Shown piece after piece: positions 11,869 to 24,522 of a stretch of DNA of 64,000 nt. This stretch comes from Octopus sinensis (taxonomy: Eukaryota), in the NCBI RefSeq assembly GCF_006345805.1, contig NC_043010.1, forward strand, positions 17,050,001-17,114,000, given 5' to 3'. The position numbers were made by a program, and so were the translations under genes. Every line of letters begins with the position of its first letter. The first letter of the stretch is position 1. A model generated the notes under the pieces. The model did not search any database. It was not told where the DNA came from and saw nothing but the letters and a program-made list of their open reading frames with translations.

Positions 11869-13312
11869 CATTCAGCTTTTCGCTTTTATTCATTACCTTT
11901 TTTTTTCTTTTAATCGTCTGTCACTATTCATCTGCTTTTAGTTTTTGCTTTAGGGGTTTCACTTTAGCGACACCAGTTACACATGGTACTAGGAATTTTG
12001 CTTGGTGTCGTCAAAGTGGAAAAGGTGTTTTTGAAGTTTTTGAAAATTTGAAACAAAAAGGCATGGCTTTTTAAACCCACTTCGCAGATGTGAAAATATG
12101 GCTACTACTCGTCAATTCCAAATTAAAGTTACCAAGTCCCTTAACGCCCCCTAGTGCCCCTTTGCTCCAAAACGCCCCCATCGAGCTCCAAATGGCCCCC
12201 GTTGAGAATGTTTGGTTTAGTGTCTTTGGAATATTACGGCAAACTTGGAGCATTTTTCGATTATTTCATTTGCCTTTCTTCAGTTGTGAATCTTCTGTTG
12301 TGAATCTTCAGTTGTTTCGTCTAACTGAGCTGGTGGCACGATGGGCGTTTTTCGAGTTTGTACGGTTCTTGTACAGTTGTATAGTTTGTGTGGCTGCGTT
12401 GTTTATACGGTGGCATGGTTTATACTGTTTGAATAGGCCACATGGCCAGATAGCTTGTATGGTTTATGTAATTTGTATGGCCGTGGAGAGACCTGCAAGA
12501 ACTAAGGAAACACGCGAGAGAAATGTCGCTAACGAGGTCTAAACTGGTTCAATAATTCGATCATTGAAATAAACAATTGATCCATTGGTCAGTGATTTAA
12601 AACATTTCAGATTTTCAAGGCGGATATTTAGAGTTTGAAGCAAGTCAGAGTTGAGGAGAACTAAATTACATTGAGGTGAATGATTCCTAGTTCTTAGCTT
12701 AAGCTTATCTGGAGTTAATTATCACCTGCACTTAACAGTTTGCCAGGTACATACATACATACATATATGCATACATGCACACGCACGTACACGCACACAC
12801 ACGCACACATTAACACACACACACATAAACACGCGCATACATATTTGCATATATACATACATTTAATCCTTGCTCAGGAATTTTTTACAAAATCCAATTT
12901 TGGCGAAATAACAAGTTTTCTGTTGAGTTGAAGTCGAACCTTGCCTATTGTGAACGACGATCTGTGTGCACGCGTGTGTATATGTGTGTACGAAAAAAGC
13001 CTGTGCGTGTGCGTACCTGTGTATTTATGTACGTATGTATGCATGTATGTATAAATGTATGTGTGTATGTGTGTGTGTATGTGTGTATGTATGTTTGTGT
13101 ATGTATAAAAATTGAGTTTGTTTTAATTGCCATTCAGTAATTATTATACATCTTCCATAGGATTTATCATTGGTTTATTAAAATTAACTCCGATAATTCT
13201 GATAAATCAAGAATTTATGTTGTATGGTATTTGATATACCTGTATTTATCTATTTTGTTCAGTTGACCCATTCTGAGTTATTTTTCTTAGTTCATTTTTG
13301 TTTACGCACACA

Positions 13313-13356
<44 letters not shown>

Positions 13357-14504
13357 ACATTGTATATACTGAGTCCACAGGGAAGTAACTTTTTCATCAG
13401 TTATGTGTTCGACTGAAAAGGACTCTTTTACTCCCGACACCCAGATATTTTGCTTGTCTGGGTATGTTTCAACTTACCCCAGATTAAATATGATTTTCAT
13501 ATGCGCAAATTACTCTGCGCTTTAATGAGTTGGCCAACTTGGTCTTATCGTATAATCTTAACTATTTTTAGAAGATCCTTTTTCTGTCTGCTTTTCTGGC
13601 GCGATCTCATGCAACAAGTACAGTCTGTTTGAGGTAGCATGCTTTGTAGACTTAAATTAAACGCAGCCACTGGATCTGATTGCAGTAAGTCAAACTGATG
13701 GCCGTAAATGAATCTTTTTTTATTAAAAACTGGTAATATGCACTCGATTTTCTGCACACCCATAAATAACTTAAATTACACCAGTAATTTAAAATAAAAG
13801 AATGTGAAGTTCTTCTCCACCCGCGACTTGAATTTATTTATTTATTTATTTATTACGGGTGAAGACTGAAGGTACATTTCAGGCAAATATATGAAAAAAG
13901 AGACAGAATGAAGAAATAAAATAAATTAAGAAAAATAAAAAATAAAAAGATAAAATCAGCATATTAATTTTGAACGAGTTTTAATTAGAGAAATGAGATT
14001 ACTTTACAAAACCAAAATTCTATGAAGATTTGTTTAGATGTTTGTGTGAAGTAAGAAAATATGCTATTTGATAAATAAAGAGCTACAAGCTAGTAAACAT
14101 AAGTCTCCATCCGACTTCGCCCACCATTCCCGAGAGGGTCGTGGGTTTAGAGTTCTCACGCACCTCATCCATAGGGTTCTCGGAAAGCAACCATCATTAC
14201 ACTTTCCTGCTGTTCCATTCCCAAGCGTGACCAACTAAAACTATGGATACCATCCAACCATTTCGTTCTTAGTATACTCCTAAGCCTCCTGTCGGTTGGT
14301 TCGACTTGAAGAATCTTTGACCGCTTCTATTCGGAAACCGAATTGTGGATAGCAAGTTTGGCTTCTTTTTTTGGTATCAATCTCTCTTCGTCTGAGATTC
14401 AAATGCTTGAGCTGACGCATTGCTGTACCAAGACACGCAATTTTAGCATCTAACAATATAATCTCCTAAAATAATAATGAGCGTAGTGTTTTTATATATT
14501 TGTA

Positions 14505-14510
14505 TATACA

Positions 14511-14572
<62 letters not shown>

Positions 14573-14831
14573 CATACATATACATACATACATACATATA
14601 CATACATACATATATATACATACATACATATATATACATACATACATATATATACATACTACATATATATACATACATACATATATATACATACATACAT
14701 ATATATACATACTACATATATATACATACATACATATATATATACATACTACATATATGTACATACATACATATATACATACTAACATATATATACATAC
14801 ATACATACATACAATACATACATACATACAT

Positions 14832-14897
<66 letters not shown>
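14505..14897. repeat. (TACA)n/(TA)n compound microsatellite
   Basis: Read directly; source of several YIHT-type ORFs. Confidence 0.95.
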
Positions 14898-14899
<2 letters not shown>

Positions 14900-16210
14900 A
14901 AATAAGCAACAAGGATATCCAGAGGTAATGCAGTACGATAGTTTCATGCAACTCCATTTAATTGAACAATGCAATCATTACATCAATTTAAAATGGAGAG
15001 CAATCTTCAGCTGCACAAAGATATAAAAGTTAATTAAATTAGAACAGATGGACACATTAGTATAATTATACCTAAAATCTTCAAAAAGTTAAGGAGATAA
15101 ACAAAGAACATGCTGTCTCACTCCAGCATAGAAGTTACTAAGTTTTCAAGAAGATATACATTGTTACAGACTCTGCCTGTCACTTATTTTTTTGTTTTTA
15201 TGGGGTCAGTTTTAATTTATAGACTAGTTTATCAAATCCCTTGTATATCTAAGGCTGAGAGAACAGAGGGCAGTATCTGTTAGGGGTAGGGCTGAGGGAG
15301 CAGACAGTCAATTTAGTTGGTATGGCCATAAAAATCAAAATTTATTAGAAGCAATATCATGACGTTTGTAAAGGAAAACTTAAAACAAGATGTTAGCTGA
15401 CAATTAAGAGGGTTGCCCACTAGCAGACCATTGATAATGAAAAAGGGGACGTCTTATCATGTAGTACTATAGTTAAATCTTTTAAACAATGTTGCTATAT
15501 TGTGTACAGTTAAAGTTTGAGGTTATTCAGAGGATTATTAAGAAGAATATTATAACAAAAGGATAGAAATTTTTGAATACTTTTGAGTATATACCAAACT
15601 TTTACCACAATAGAGGGAGGAAAAGAAATTATCTAGAACTAGTTTAATATTTATAAATATTGTACACTTAAATACTAACTCATCAGATGGTATCTGTGAA
15701 TATTGATTAATTGGTATATACTGGTATTAATAAAGGAGTATTGAGGTAAAGGAACATGTTAATTATATATTAATAAAATTATAATGTAAGTAGTATTTTT
15801 TTAGGTGCCCCAGCATGGCCTCAGCCGGATGGCTGAAACAAGTAAAAGAGTAAAAGAGTATACCAGTATAGTTTTATATAAACTAAGTATAAATTTATAG
15901 AGATACAAAAATTAGATTAATTTTATAAATAAATAAAGGCTAATTATAAAATAAAATAAAATATAATAATCAAGTAGGGTTAGGGTTAGGGTTAGAGTTC
16001 CATAGAAAAGGAAATAAAATAGCTTAATTACTAATGCTATGGTAAAGTATATGTAGCTTATTAACACCAATAGAGAAGATTTTTAGAAAATGTATAATAA
16101 TTCAAAATATATTAGACTAAAAATTATATATCTACTTATTTAGCTAATATCAATAAAAGACTGATGTCTGGTATCAGCTTAAGAAATATTTAAGTTATGG
16201 AACAGTCATA

Positions 16211-16608
16211 TCTTTATATATAAAAGTGAGGTTGTGTGCTGTCTGTCTCCTACGATTTAGATTCCTAACTACTCCCAGATTTTGCGGTGCAGTTTAACCA
16301 AAACCGGGTATCTTATAGTCGTGATTCATATCGAGCCCTTCTGGGTATTAGCGCGCACCTACGATGAGTCTACGATTTTTAAAAAAATTTACCATCAATT
16401 TTTCCCATTTTTAATGCATTTTTGGCATATATAAGGGAAGTAACTCTCTAAAAATTTATTATTAAATCTCAGAACGTAAAAAGCTACAGTAACACCTCCC
16501 CCCTTTGTGGTTAACCATATTGAGATGGCTATTATACTTTACATCTCTAAAAATGCTTATATAGTTATTTCCCTTACAAACCCGAGCAACGCCGGGCGAT
16601 ACTGCTAG
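16211..16608 (+). mobile_element. Non-autonomous Helitron, complete, about 400 bp
   Basis: Inserted between A16210 and T16609; 5' TCTTTATATATAAAAG; 3' hairpin cccgagcaacgccggg 12 nt before the terminal CTAG. Confidence 0.85.
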
Positions 16609-17215
16609 TTTTACACTAATTTATTTTAAAAAAAACTAAGGGTTTAAGAAGTTATTATTGTTACTCCCTACATGATATTTATAGTTTCTTAGTGGTACTT
16701 GTTTAGAAGAGTTATTTATATAAAGGCCCTTATAAATACTAAGATCAGGAGGGTTGAGCCATTTAAGAAAGAGATAAATCAAGTAATTTCTAAAGATCAT
16801 TTCAAACAATATTGTCTTATTGTATAAAGTTAAAATTTAGGGTAATCAAGAAGATTATTAAGAATGAAATTTTAACAAAATGATAAAACTTCTTTGAATA
16901 TTTTGAGTATATACCAGATTTTTACCACAATAGAGGGAGGAAAAGAAAATTGCAAAGAAATAGTTTAATATTTATTTACTTATTACTTATTACTTATCTG
17001 AATATTAACTTTTTATATGGTTTCTATGGAGATCGATCAATTGGATTTAACTGGTGTTTAATAAGGGAGCAACTTAAGTTAAAGAACATGTTAACTCTAT
17101 ACTGATTTAATTAAATTGAACTATTTTAAGTTGTCAAGATACCGGTATTCCCTTATATGAGCTGAGTACGAATTAATAGGGGTTCGAGGATTAGATTTAT
17201 TTAAGGCTACCATAA

Positions 17216-17273
<58 letters not shown>

Positions 17274-17768
17274 TCTGATATGCTAAATAGAACTGGATGC
17301 GGATATAAATGTTACGGCAAAACGATCAGCCACCTTTTATATATGGATGACCTAAAACTATACGCTGCAAATGACAAACAGCTGGAAACACTATTAAAGA
17401 CAGTTCATGGATTTACCAAAGAAATAAATACGAAATTTGGATTAGAAAAATGCGCCAAAGTAACCATGAAAAGAGGAAAACTAGTTAAGAGTAGCAACAT
17501 CACACTAGATAAAACCAATGAAATAAAAGAATTAGACCAAAGCCAAACTTACAAATACTTAGGAATCCATGAACTAGATAAGACACAACACACACAAATG
17601 AAAGAGAAAATAAAAAAAGAATATTATAGACGAGTTAGATCAATACTAAAAACAGAGCTCAATGCTAAAAACAAGATAATAGGTATTAACACTTTAGCTG
17701 TCCCAGTTATAAGTTACAGCTACAATATCCTTAACTGGACACTAAATGAACTGACTAAAATAGATAGG
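17274..17768 (+). pseudogene. R4/Dong-clade non-LTR RT fragment
   Basis: ISHLLYMDDLKLY...FGLEKCAK...YKYLGI...ELNAKNKIIGINTLAVPV; begins immediately after (TAA)n at 17214-17273; truncated at both ends. Confidence 0.85.
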
Positions 17769-17789
17769 AAAAGGGGAAGTGGGGAAGGC

Positions 17790-18135
17790 GCACACACGCA
17801 CACATCAAGGTCACCAGCCCTCTTCCACAAGCGCATGATACACTCTTATACACACGCACGCGCACCTTCGTTTTGGGATCACCACTCCTTTATTATCTCT
17901 CCTTCTTTCTAGCTCTCCTGTGTGATCCCTCTGTCCGGCATTCGCCATGATAAATCGCTACCCACTACACATACTTTATTTTCTCTCTTTTTCTTTTTTT
18001 TTGTGTTCCTTTCTGTAGAAGAGCGTAGGCTCGAAACGATAAAGATTTTTCACTTCCCGAGCGTTAAACTAATACATCTGTTTGTTGTCTACACCATCTG
18101 TCTTCGTCGTTTGTTTTTTTTTGTGAATTCTCCCC
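17790..18135 (+). mobile_element. PLE pLTR-like repeat, copy 2
   Basis: Homologous to 8950-9285; motif ctgtagaagagcgtaggctcgaaacgataaag at 18013-18044. Confidence 0.7.
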
Positions 18136-18167
18136 ATACATACATACATACATACATATATATATAT

Positions 18168-19075
18168 AATTTGAATGGAGGCAATACTAGCGGAAAACCA
18201 GAGGAACAGAGGAACTATTATCCAATATATATGTGTACTTTCTTCGACATTAATAAATCAATATAAAGTTCCAGATAATATAGTATTAAAAACAACGCAA
18301 ATATTTAAAAATATTTAAAAATACGTTGGCATTTTAAAAATATATAAACACATATATAGATACATAAATAGATATAAAAACGTCGATATAATATAAGATA
18401 AAAACTTCTTTTATATGTTGCTATCATTGTGTCTTTCTTGTTGTGGAGCATCCTGATGAGGGGAGTGTCTGTTTCATTAAAATATGAAATCTATGTCGTA
18501 TTATCTCACACGTCTCCGAAACGGACCCAAACTTTCCACTGGACTCCGTGTTGTAACTTGTGAATTTTCATTCCCTTGTATCTTATTGTGTGAATTAATA
18601 ATTCAATAAGTCTTATATTATGTTGATGTTTTCTATTTTGCCTGCGTATTTATATATATTTGTATTTTTAAATATTTTTAAAAACCTACGAGTTTTTATC
18701 TTATATCATATCGACGGTTTTTTTTAAATATCTATTTATGTATCTATTTATGTGTTTATATATTTTTAAAATGCCTACATATTTTTAAATATTTGCGTAT
18801 TTCTAAATATTAAATATCTATATGTTTATATACTTGTATGTTTTTAATACTATATTATCTCGAACTTTATATTGATATATTAATGTCCAATGAAAGTACA
18901 CATACATACTGAATATTCTATTGGATAATAAGTCATGTTCCTCTAGTTTTTCGCTGGTATTGCCTCCATTGAAATCATAAATTGGAACTTAGCTCAATTG
19001 GAGCACTTTGATTCTTGCCCCTGTTTCTGAGCATTGTTAAAGTTAACAATCTCTATATAAAATCTCATAATTTAT
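18168..19075 (+). mobile_element. Hammerhead-bearing fold-back element, family F1, copy 1
   Basis: Inverted arms at about 18168-18404 and 18691-18975 around a spacer carrying CTGATGAG...CGAAAC; homologous to 32345-34172 (-). Confidence 0.8.
18448..18527 (+). ncRNA. Hammerhead remnant: core and stem II intact, cleavage site deleted
   Basis: CUGAUGA 18453-18459, stem II GGGGA-GUGU / ACAC-g-UCUCC, GAAA 18518-18521; the GUC and stem I 3' strand present in the 33.6-kb copy are missing. Confidence 0.6.
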
Positions 19076-19082
19076 ATATATA

Positions 19083-19380
19083 CTAGCAGTATCACCCGGC
19101 GTTGCTCGGGTTTGTTTCGGGTTTGGAATTTTTGAAAAGTAAAAATTTTGCATTATGTAGCTTGTTACTCTCTTTAAGTGAACATTTTTCTTGTTGAAAT
19201 ACACCGAAAAATGGCGACACAGCAGTAAAAAAAATTGTAAAAAATAGGGATTTTCATAGAAAAAAAGCGCCTTTTTGAGGTAAATAATTTTTGGTCCGAT
19301 TTGAATTTTTTCTTCTACAGAAGGAAGAGCAAGCCTTCTTCTATCATACTCTCAATTTTGGTCAACTTGCGCCGCAAGTT
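19083..19380 (-). mobile_element. Non-autonomous Helitron, 3' part
   Basis: Reverse complement ends cccgagcaacgccgggtgatactgCTAG|T, the same terminus as 16608; 5' boundary uncertain. Confidence 0.7.
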
Positions 19381-20619
19381 ATATATATTGTTTTTGTAAT
19401 TTACTTGATCTTTACTTGCCAATTGTCATTCTAATTTTAACCTTTCTATGATATGCAATTTTCAAGATGGTGTAATTTGATTGTTCATTTTGATTCGATA
19501 GAAGGTGGGTTTTTCTCTAATATTTCATGTGTAAGCATGTATCTATATATATAGTGACATTGAAGGACGCATCTTTCGATTTACAATCTAATATAGTAGA
19601 ACATTTAGTATATGTCTGTATGTGTATATATATATATATATATATAATATATAATATATATATATATCTGTGTATGTAGTTGTGTGTATTGCCTGTTATA
19701 TACATTATATTATTATCTTTATAATTTACTTCCATCTTTACCTTTTAATTGTCACTTTAATTTTAACTTTCCTATGATATACAATTTTCATGATGGTGTA
19801 ATTTGGTTGTTCATTTTGAACCGATAAAAGGGTTTTTTTCAAATATTTATGTATAAGTTTGTGTGTATATATATGTATTGGTATAAATATCAACACACAA
19901 AAATATTTTTTCTTTTTCTCCATTTCCTCCCTTATTTTTATTTATTTTTTTTTTTATTTATTTTTTTTTTAATATTTATTTTTATTTTTATTTTCCCTTT
20001 TCTCTTTTTGTCTCTCTCCCCTTCTCCAAACACGCAGAGACACACACACACACGCACACAAACACACACGGACACAGAGACACACACACACACACACACC
20101 TCCACAAAACGATCATAGAAAGTATGACCCCAAATGACATTTGTCCGGCCACACACTCAGTGACACAAGAATGGACAGAGAGCTAAAATTCTTAGAAAAC
20201 CCTAGGGGGTCCAGCAGGCCAAAGGAAATACTTCTTCTTCCCTCTCCCCTCCCCTTTTTCTCTTTAGCCTGAGATACAAACGCACACACACACACACACA
20301 CACACATACACACATGTTCTCTCTCTCACTTCCTCCTCACCCACCTCACCCTCTTATACTGTCTTATTCCTCCCCACTACTACGAAACTCTATAAAATGA
20401 CCAAATTCCCCACAAAGGAATTGATTTGATTTGAAAACCCCACTGGAATGGGAGAAAGCGCTAATAATCCGAATGATATGATCTGAATGATATGATATAT
20501 ATATGTAAAAAATGTAATAATAAATAAATATCTATAAATATGAACCATCCGATCTGATTACTCATTTCTTCTAATATATATATATAATATATATATATAT
20601 AGGTAAACAGTAAAATTAA

Positions 20620-20725
20620 ATACAGACATGGACAAGAACATGAAACACCACAGAGGACGACACAAAGAAACCACAGGACGGGACATTCGAAGCCCTCAGT
20701 CATCAGTCAAGAACCAGATCATCTT
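20620..20725 (-). repeat. Dispersed repeat (PLE-terminus-like), shared with 52515-52625
   Basis: The two segments align over about 100 bp (gacaagaac...gacgacacaaa...ttcgaagcc...cagtcaagaacc.gatcatc), and both abut (TA)n. Confidence 0.7.
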
Positions 20726-20729
20726 AGCA

Positions 20730-20771
<42 letters not shown>

Positions 20772-21052
20772 CATATATATATACATATATATAAGTACAT
20801 ATATATACATAAATACATATATACATATTTTTAATTGAGGGGAGTAAAATTTTTACTTTAGTCTATTGATACTTTTTAGTTGCTTAGTCAATCGACACGC
20901 TTTAGTAATTCCTTTTGATAACCTAGTTTAGTAGATTTGTATATACTATTTTTTTTAATTGGCCTTTCTATATATTTTGTATTTTCAAGAGCATATATGT
21001 TTTACCTTCCGTGCTTTTATATATGTATTCGTTTTATATGTAAATTTTACCG

Positions 21053-21310
21053 GTGAGTGTGTTGAATTATAAGGTACAAAAAGAAAATGTGACACGAGAA
21101 GATATTGATAAATCGGGTATAGCTGATCAGGTATGGAAAATGTGGGATGAAGTTATAATAATAGACCGAGAACACTACTTGAAAATACGAAAACTAAAAG
21201 AAGCAGCACATATGCTAGGACACAATGACCTCCTACGCAGACCGAGTGCAGATATGAGTAGCATATGGGAACCGGTATTAAGGAAGGATAGGGAAATATT
21301 AGATTTATAA
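21053..21310 (+). pseudogene. PLE GIY-YIG endonuclease C-terminal fragment
   Basis: KSGIADQVW..WDEVIIIDREH..KIRKLKEAAHML....L.RPS.DMSSIWEPVL matches the SAIAEH..W..V.I.D.E....RK.KEA.....W.P.L pattern of PLE endonuclease ends. Confidence 0.75.
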
Positions 21311-21340
21311 GCCCTAAAATTCATTCCATAATTGCCCACG

Positions 21341-21387
21341 GGCATATGGCGTAGTGGTTAAGAGCGCGGGCTACTAATCCCAAGTAA

Positions 21388-21390
<3 letters not shown>
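21341..21390 (+). other. tRNA-like head remnant (Pol III A-box) directly downstream of the GIY-YIG stop
   Basis: tggcgtagtgg at 21347-21357 fits the A-box TRGCNNARYGG, followed by ttaagagcgcgggct; no B box in this copy. Confidence 0.5.
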
Positions 21391-21419
<29 letters not shown>

Positions 21420-22000
21420 TAATAATAATATAATAATAATAATAATAATAATAGGCAGTGGCTCTCATGACTTCTGATCTTAACTGATTGGAAGTGTTAT
21501 TATGTACATTGTTTTGTCTTGGTATAAAAGATGGGCTACAGCAAATATTCTGCTCAATACCACAGATTTGCTTGTCAGTTGTTTGACCATAACCAGTTGA
21601 GCATGTCCCTCAGTGGCTGATGATATGTGCATCTCTGACCATGAGCAGAAGTAGTCGGGGAGCATCATAGCCATGTGTTGAGAGGAATTCTTTGGGGTTT
21701 GAATAATTCACCTCTGGAGACATGGGTGTTTCGTTCAACATCCTTAAACAACCCTTATTCAGGGACCTTTTGAGCGGGATGGGCTACTCAACCTGAAGAA
21801 AATTCCACCTGCAAGGTCATGTGCTGTTTATCTTGATATGAGATCACCATGTCGCGCACATATGGTTGTGATGCATGTGCCTGGTGTACCCTTATCAGAC
21901 GGGTAGTCATGATGGGTATATTGGGCTTCGTATATTTTACCCCAGTGTCACTTTGATGGCATGAACTGCTCTCTCACTCAATAATGATAATAATAATAAT

Positions 22001-22855
22001 ATGGTTTTGAAACAGAAGGGTTTATCATAGCAGCCCAAGATCAATGCCTACCTACAAGGAACTACCAGGCCAACATATTAAAGAACGGCAGTAGTCCAAC
22101 ATGTCGTGTATGTAAACAACAAAATGAAACCATTGATCATGTTGTCTCCATGTGCAGTCTTCTTGTGCCTACAGAGTATCTCAACAGGCATGATAGAGCT
22201 GCACAATATATTCACTGGGTAATTTGCAAAAACCTGGATTTACCCATGATAAAAACTGGTGGGAACACAAACTTTTTCCAGTGCTTGAAATTATCACATC
22301 TCACTCCTCTGGAAATTCACCATTCAAACTGACAGAAAGATAGATCCGAATAGGCCAGACATCATATTGAAAGACTTCAGAAAAAAGTCATGCCTCCTTA
22401 ATTATATGACTGTCCCAATCGACATAAACTATCTGTCAAGACCTACCAAAACCTGAGCAGGTATAAAGATCTTGAAATAGAAATTAGCAAAATGTGGAAC
22501 CTCAAGACTAAACCAATACCTGTTGTCATAGGTGCCCTTGGAATGATAGCAAAAGGGATTGATTCCTACCTAGCTCAGTTACCAGGAAACCCCGAAATGG
22601 CAGAAACAAAAGATAGTGCTCATGGGAACTGCCCATATCCTATGTAAAATACTGTCGATGTAATCTCAAATTTTAAAGCAAACTCATAATTTTCTTGTGT
22701 TTTCTTAAACATTCTCTAGAACAATACTCTGTGTAAAACCAAATATATGACACCCTAGGCATAACACCAACATGAACTTCTAACTTGTCTCTTGAGGTCT
22801 CTGGGTGAGTCTTGGAGCCAACATGTACAAATACAAAGCAAAAGACAAACATATA
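22001..22855 (+). mobile_element. R4/Dong-clade element, 3' end (zinc knuckle plus restriction-like endonuclease, 3' UTR)
   Basis: ETEGFIIAAQDQ..TRNY, CRVC..NETIDHVVS.C...EYLNRHD, RPDI, KDLEIEISKMW, PVVIGALG; flanked on both sides by (TAA)n; frameshifted. Confidence 0.85.
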
Positions 22856-22872
22856 CCAACAACAACAACAAC

Positions 22873-22934
<62 letters not shown>

Positions 22935-23040
22935 GAACAACATTGAAAAATACCCTAGGAATGAGAATCCAGGTTCGAAATTTCCCAAGACACATGACGG
23001 AGGTTGGAGGGTATATTAGCCGAAACAGTGTGTAAATTAT
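22935..23040 (+). mobile_element. pLTR-like segment with degenerate hammerhead
   Basis: acac-ATGACGG-a-ggttg...tagcc-GAAA-cagt-gtgt: stems I and II are recognisable, but the core and triplet are mutated. Confidence 0.45.
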
Positions 23041-23076
23041 TCCATTTTTCTATGATGTGTGCATGTGTTTGTATCC

Positions 23077-23114
<38 letters not shown>

Positions 23115-23186
23115 CTTTCCCTTCATCCCCATCCTCTCACCCTATTGTGCTGCTGCTGTCCTAACACCCGAAAAAATATGATACCT

Positions 23187-23395
23187 ATTTCTTTATTACC
23201 CACAAGGGGCTAAACACAGAGGGGACAAACAAGGACAGACATAGGTATTAAGTCGATTACATCCAGTGCTAACTGGTACTTAATTTATCGACCCCGAAAG
23301 GATGAAAGGCAAGTCGACCTCGGCGGATTTGACTCAGAACGTAGCGGCAGACGAAATCCGCTCAGCTTTCGTCCGCGCGCTACCCGCTTATCCGT
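23187..23395 (-). mobile_element. SINE family A
   Basis: Reverse complement of the tail tttctttattacccacaaggggctaaacacag and body gtcgacctcggcggattt. Confidence 0.85.
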
Positions 23396-23462
23396 TGCTG
23401 TATTCTTTTGTGCATGTGTGTTCGGCCACGGTTGTTGCGTGCAAACATAGGAGAGCGAATCG

Positions 23463-23640
23463 GTGAACAACGGCGAGAGCTCGTCGGTGCTCTGGCAACA
23501 CGCTCAGGCAGAACACGGAGGCTCGATTAATCGCACAGAGGTTAAATTACTATTGACACATAGAACTGAGAACGACACACAACAGCAGACGGACCGAGCG
23601 TCAATAGAAAACATGAATGGAACAGTAACACCCACCACTA
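23463..23640 (+). pseudogene. PLE GIY-YIG C-terminal relic, second family
   Basis: SSVLWQHAQAEHGG....EVKLL.TH.....QQ.DRASIENMNG resembles the S.LW.H...H.G...V.....RQ..E..I..MN ending of PLE endonucleases. Confidence 0.5.
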
Positions 23641-23769
23641 CACCACACCACATGACAGTAGGGATGGGAAGAGGGGGGAAAGGAAGAAGGGAAAAACAGT
23701 GAATAATACACAGAAGCATAGAGGGTAATACACACAAAAGTCATATATGCACTTACCTGTATACATATA

Positions 23770-23832
<63 letters not shown>

Positions 23833-23974
23833 CGTATATCCGTGCGTCCATGTCTTTATTTTTGAAATACTTCAATATTATTGTTGCTGTTATTGTGTTA
23901 TATGTGTAAAAAAAGGTAAATAAATAAATATATGAATAGATAAATAAATAAATAAAAATATAAATATATGAATA

Positions 23975-24056
23975 GGCGTAGGAGTGGCTGTGTGGTAAGT
24001 AGCTTGCTTACCAGCCACATGGTTCTGGGTTCAATATGATAATTAAAAATATATGC

Positions 24057-24100
<44 letters not shown>

Positions 24101-24309
24101 TATATGTATGTATGTGTATGTGTTTGTGTGTCTGTGTTTTTTCCCCTTGACAACCGCTTGACAACCGATGCTGGTGTGTTTACGTCCTCGTAACTTAGCG
24201 GTTCGGCAAAATGGACCGATAGAATAAGTACTAGGCTTACAAAGGATAAATCCTGCTCCGGCATGGCCACAGTCAAATGACTGAAACAATTAAAAGAGTA
24301 AAAAGAGTA
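23975..24309 (+). mobile_element. SINE family B, internally deleted
   Basis: Head ggcgtaggagtggctgtgtggtaagtagc and 3' half gcttgacaaccgatgctggtgtg...aaaagagta; CORE-like middle absent. Confidence 0.85.
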
Positions 24310-24522
24310 GATAAATAAATAGATATATCTGCTACATACCTGTGATGAATGTATGGCAGAGGCAGATAAAATAAATAAAACTATTTAAAGGGTATGTATG
24401 CATACAAAGCGAACCCATACACACACACATGAAACTTCATGGACGGCCATAATGATGTCAATAACACAGCTGACACGGTCAGCAGCAGCGGCGGTACAAC
24501 GATGGTAATAACAACAACAATA

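Noticed and set aside
13545-13763. 72-aa complex ORF (..HQFDLLQSDPVAAF..) as a host exon or PLE linker
   Set aside because: It resembles a known motif only over a few residues, and candidate splice sites give stops in all frames on the plus strand.
20670-20712. CTGATGA...CGAATGTCCCGTC on the minus strand (and CTGAAGA...CGAATGACCCGTC at about 52555-52600)
   Set aside because: GAAU instead of GAAA, no convincing stem II and no stem I pairing; kept only as a dispersed repeat.
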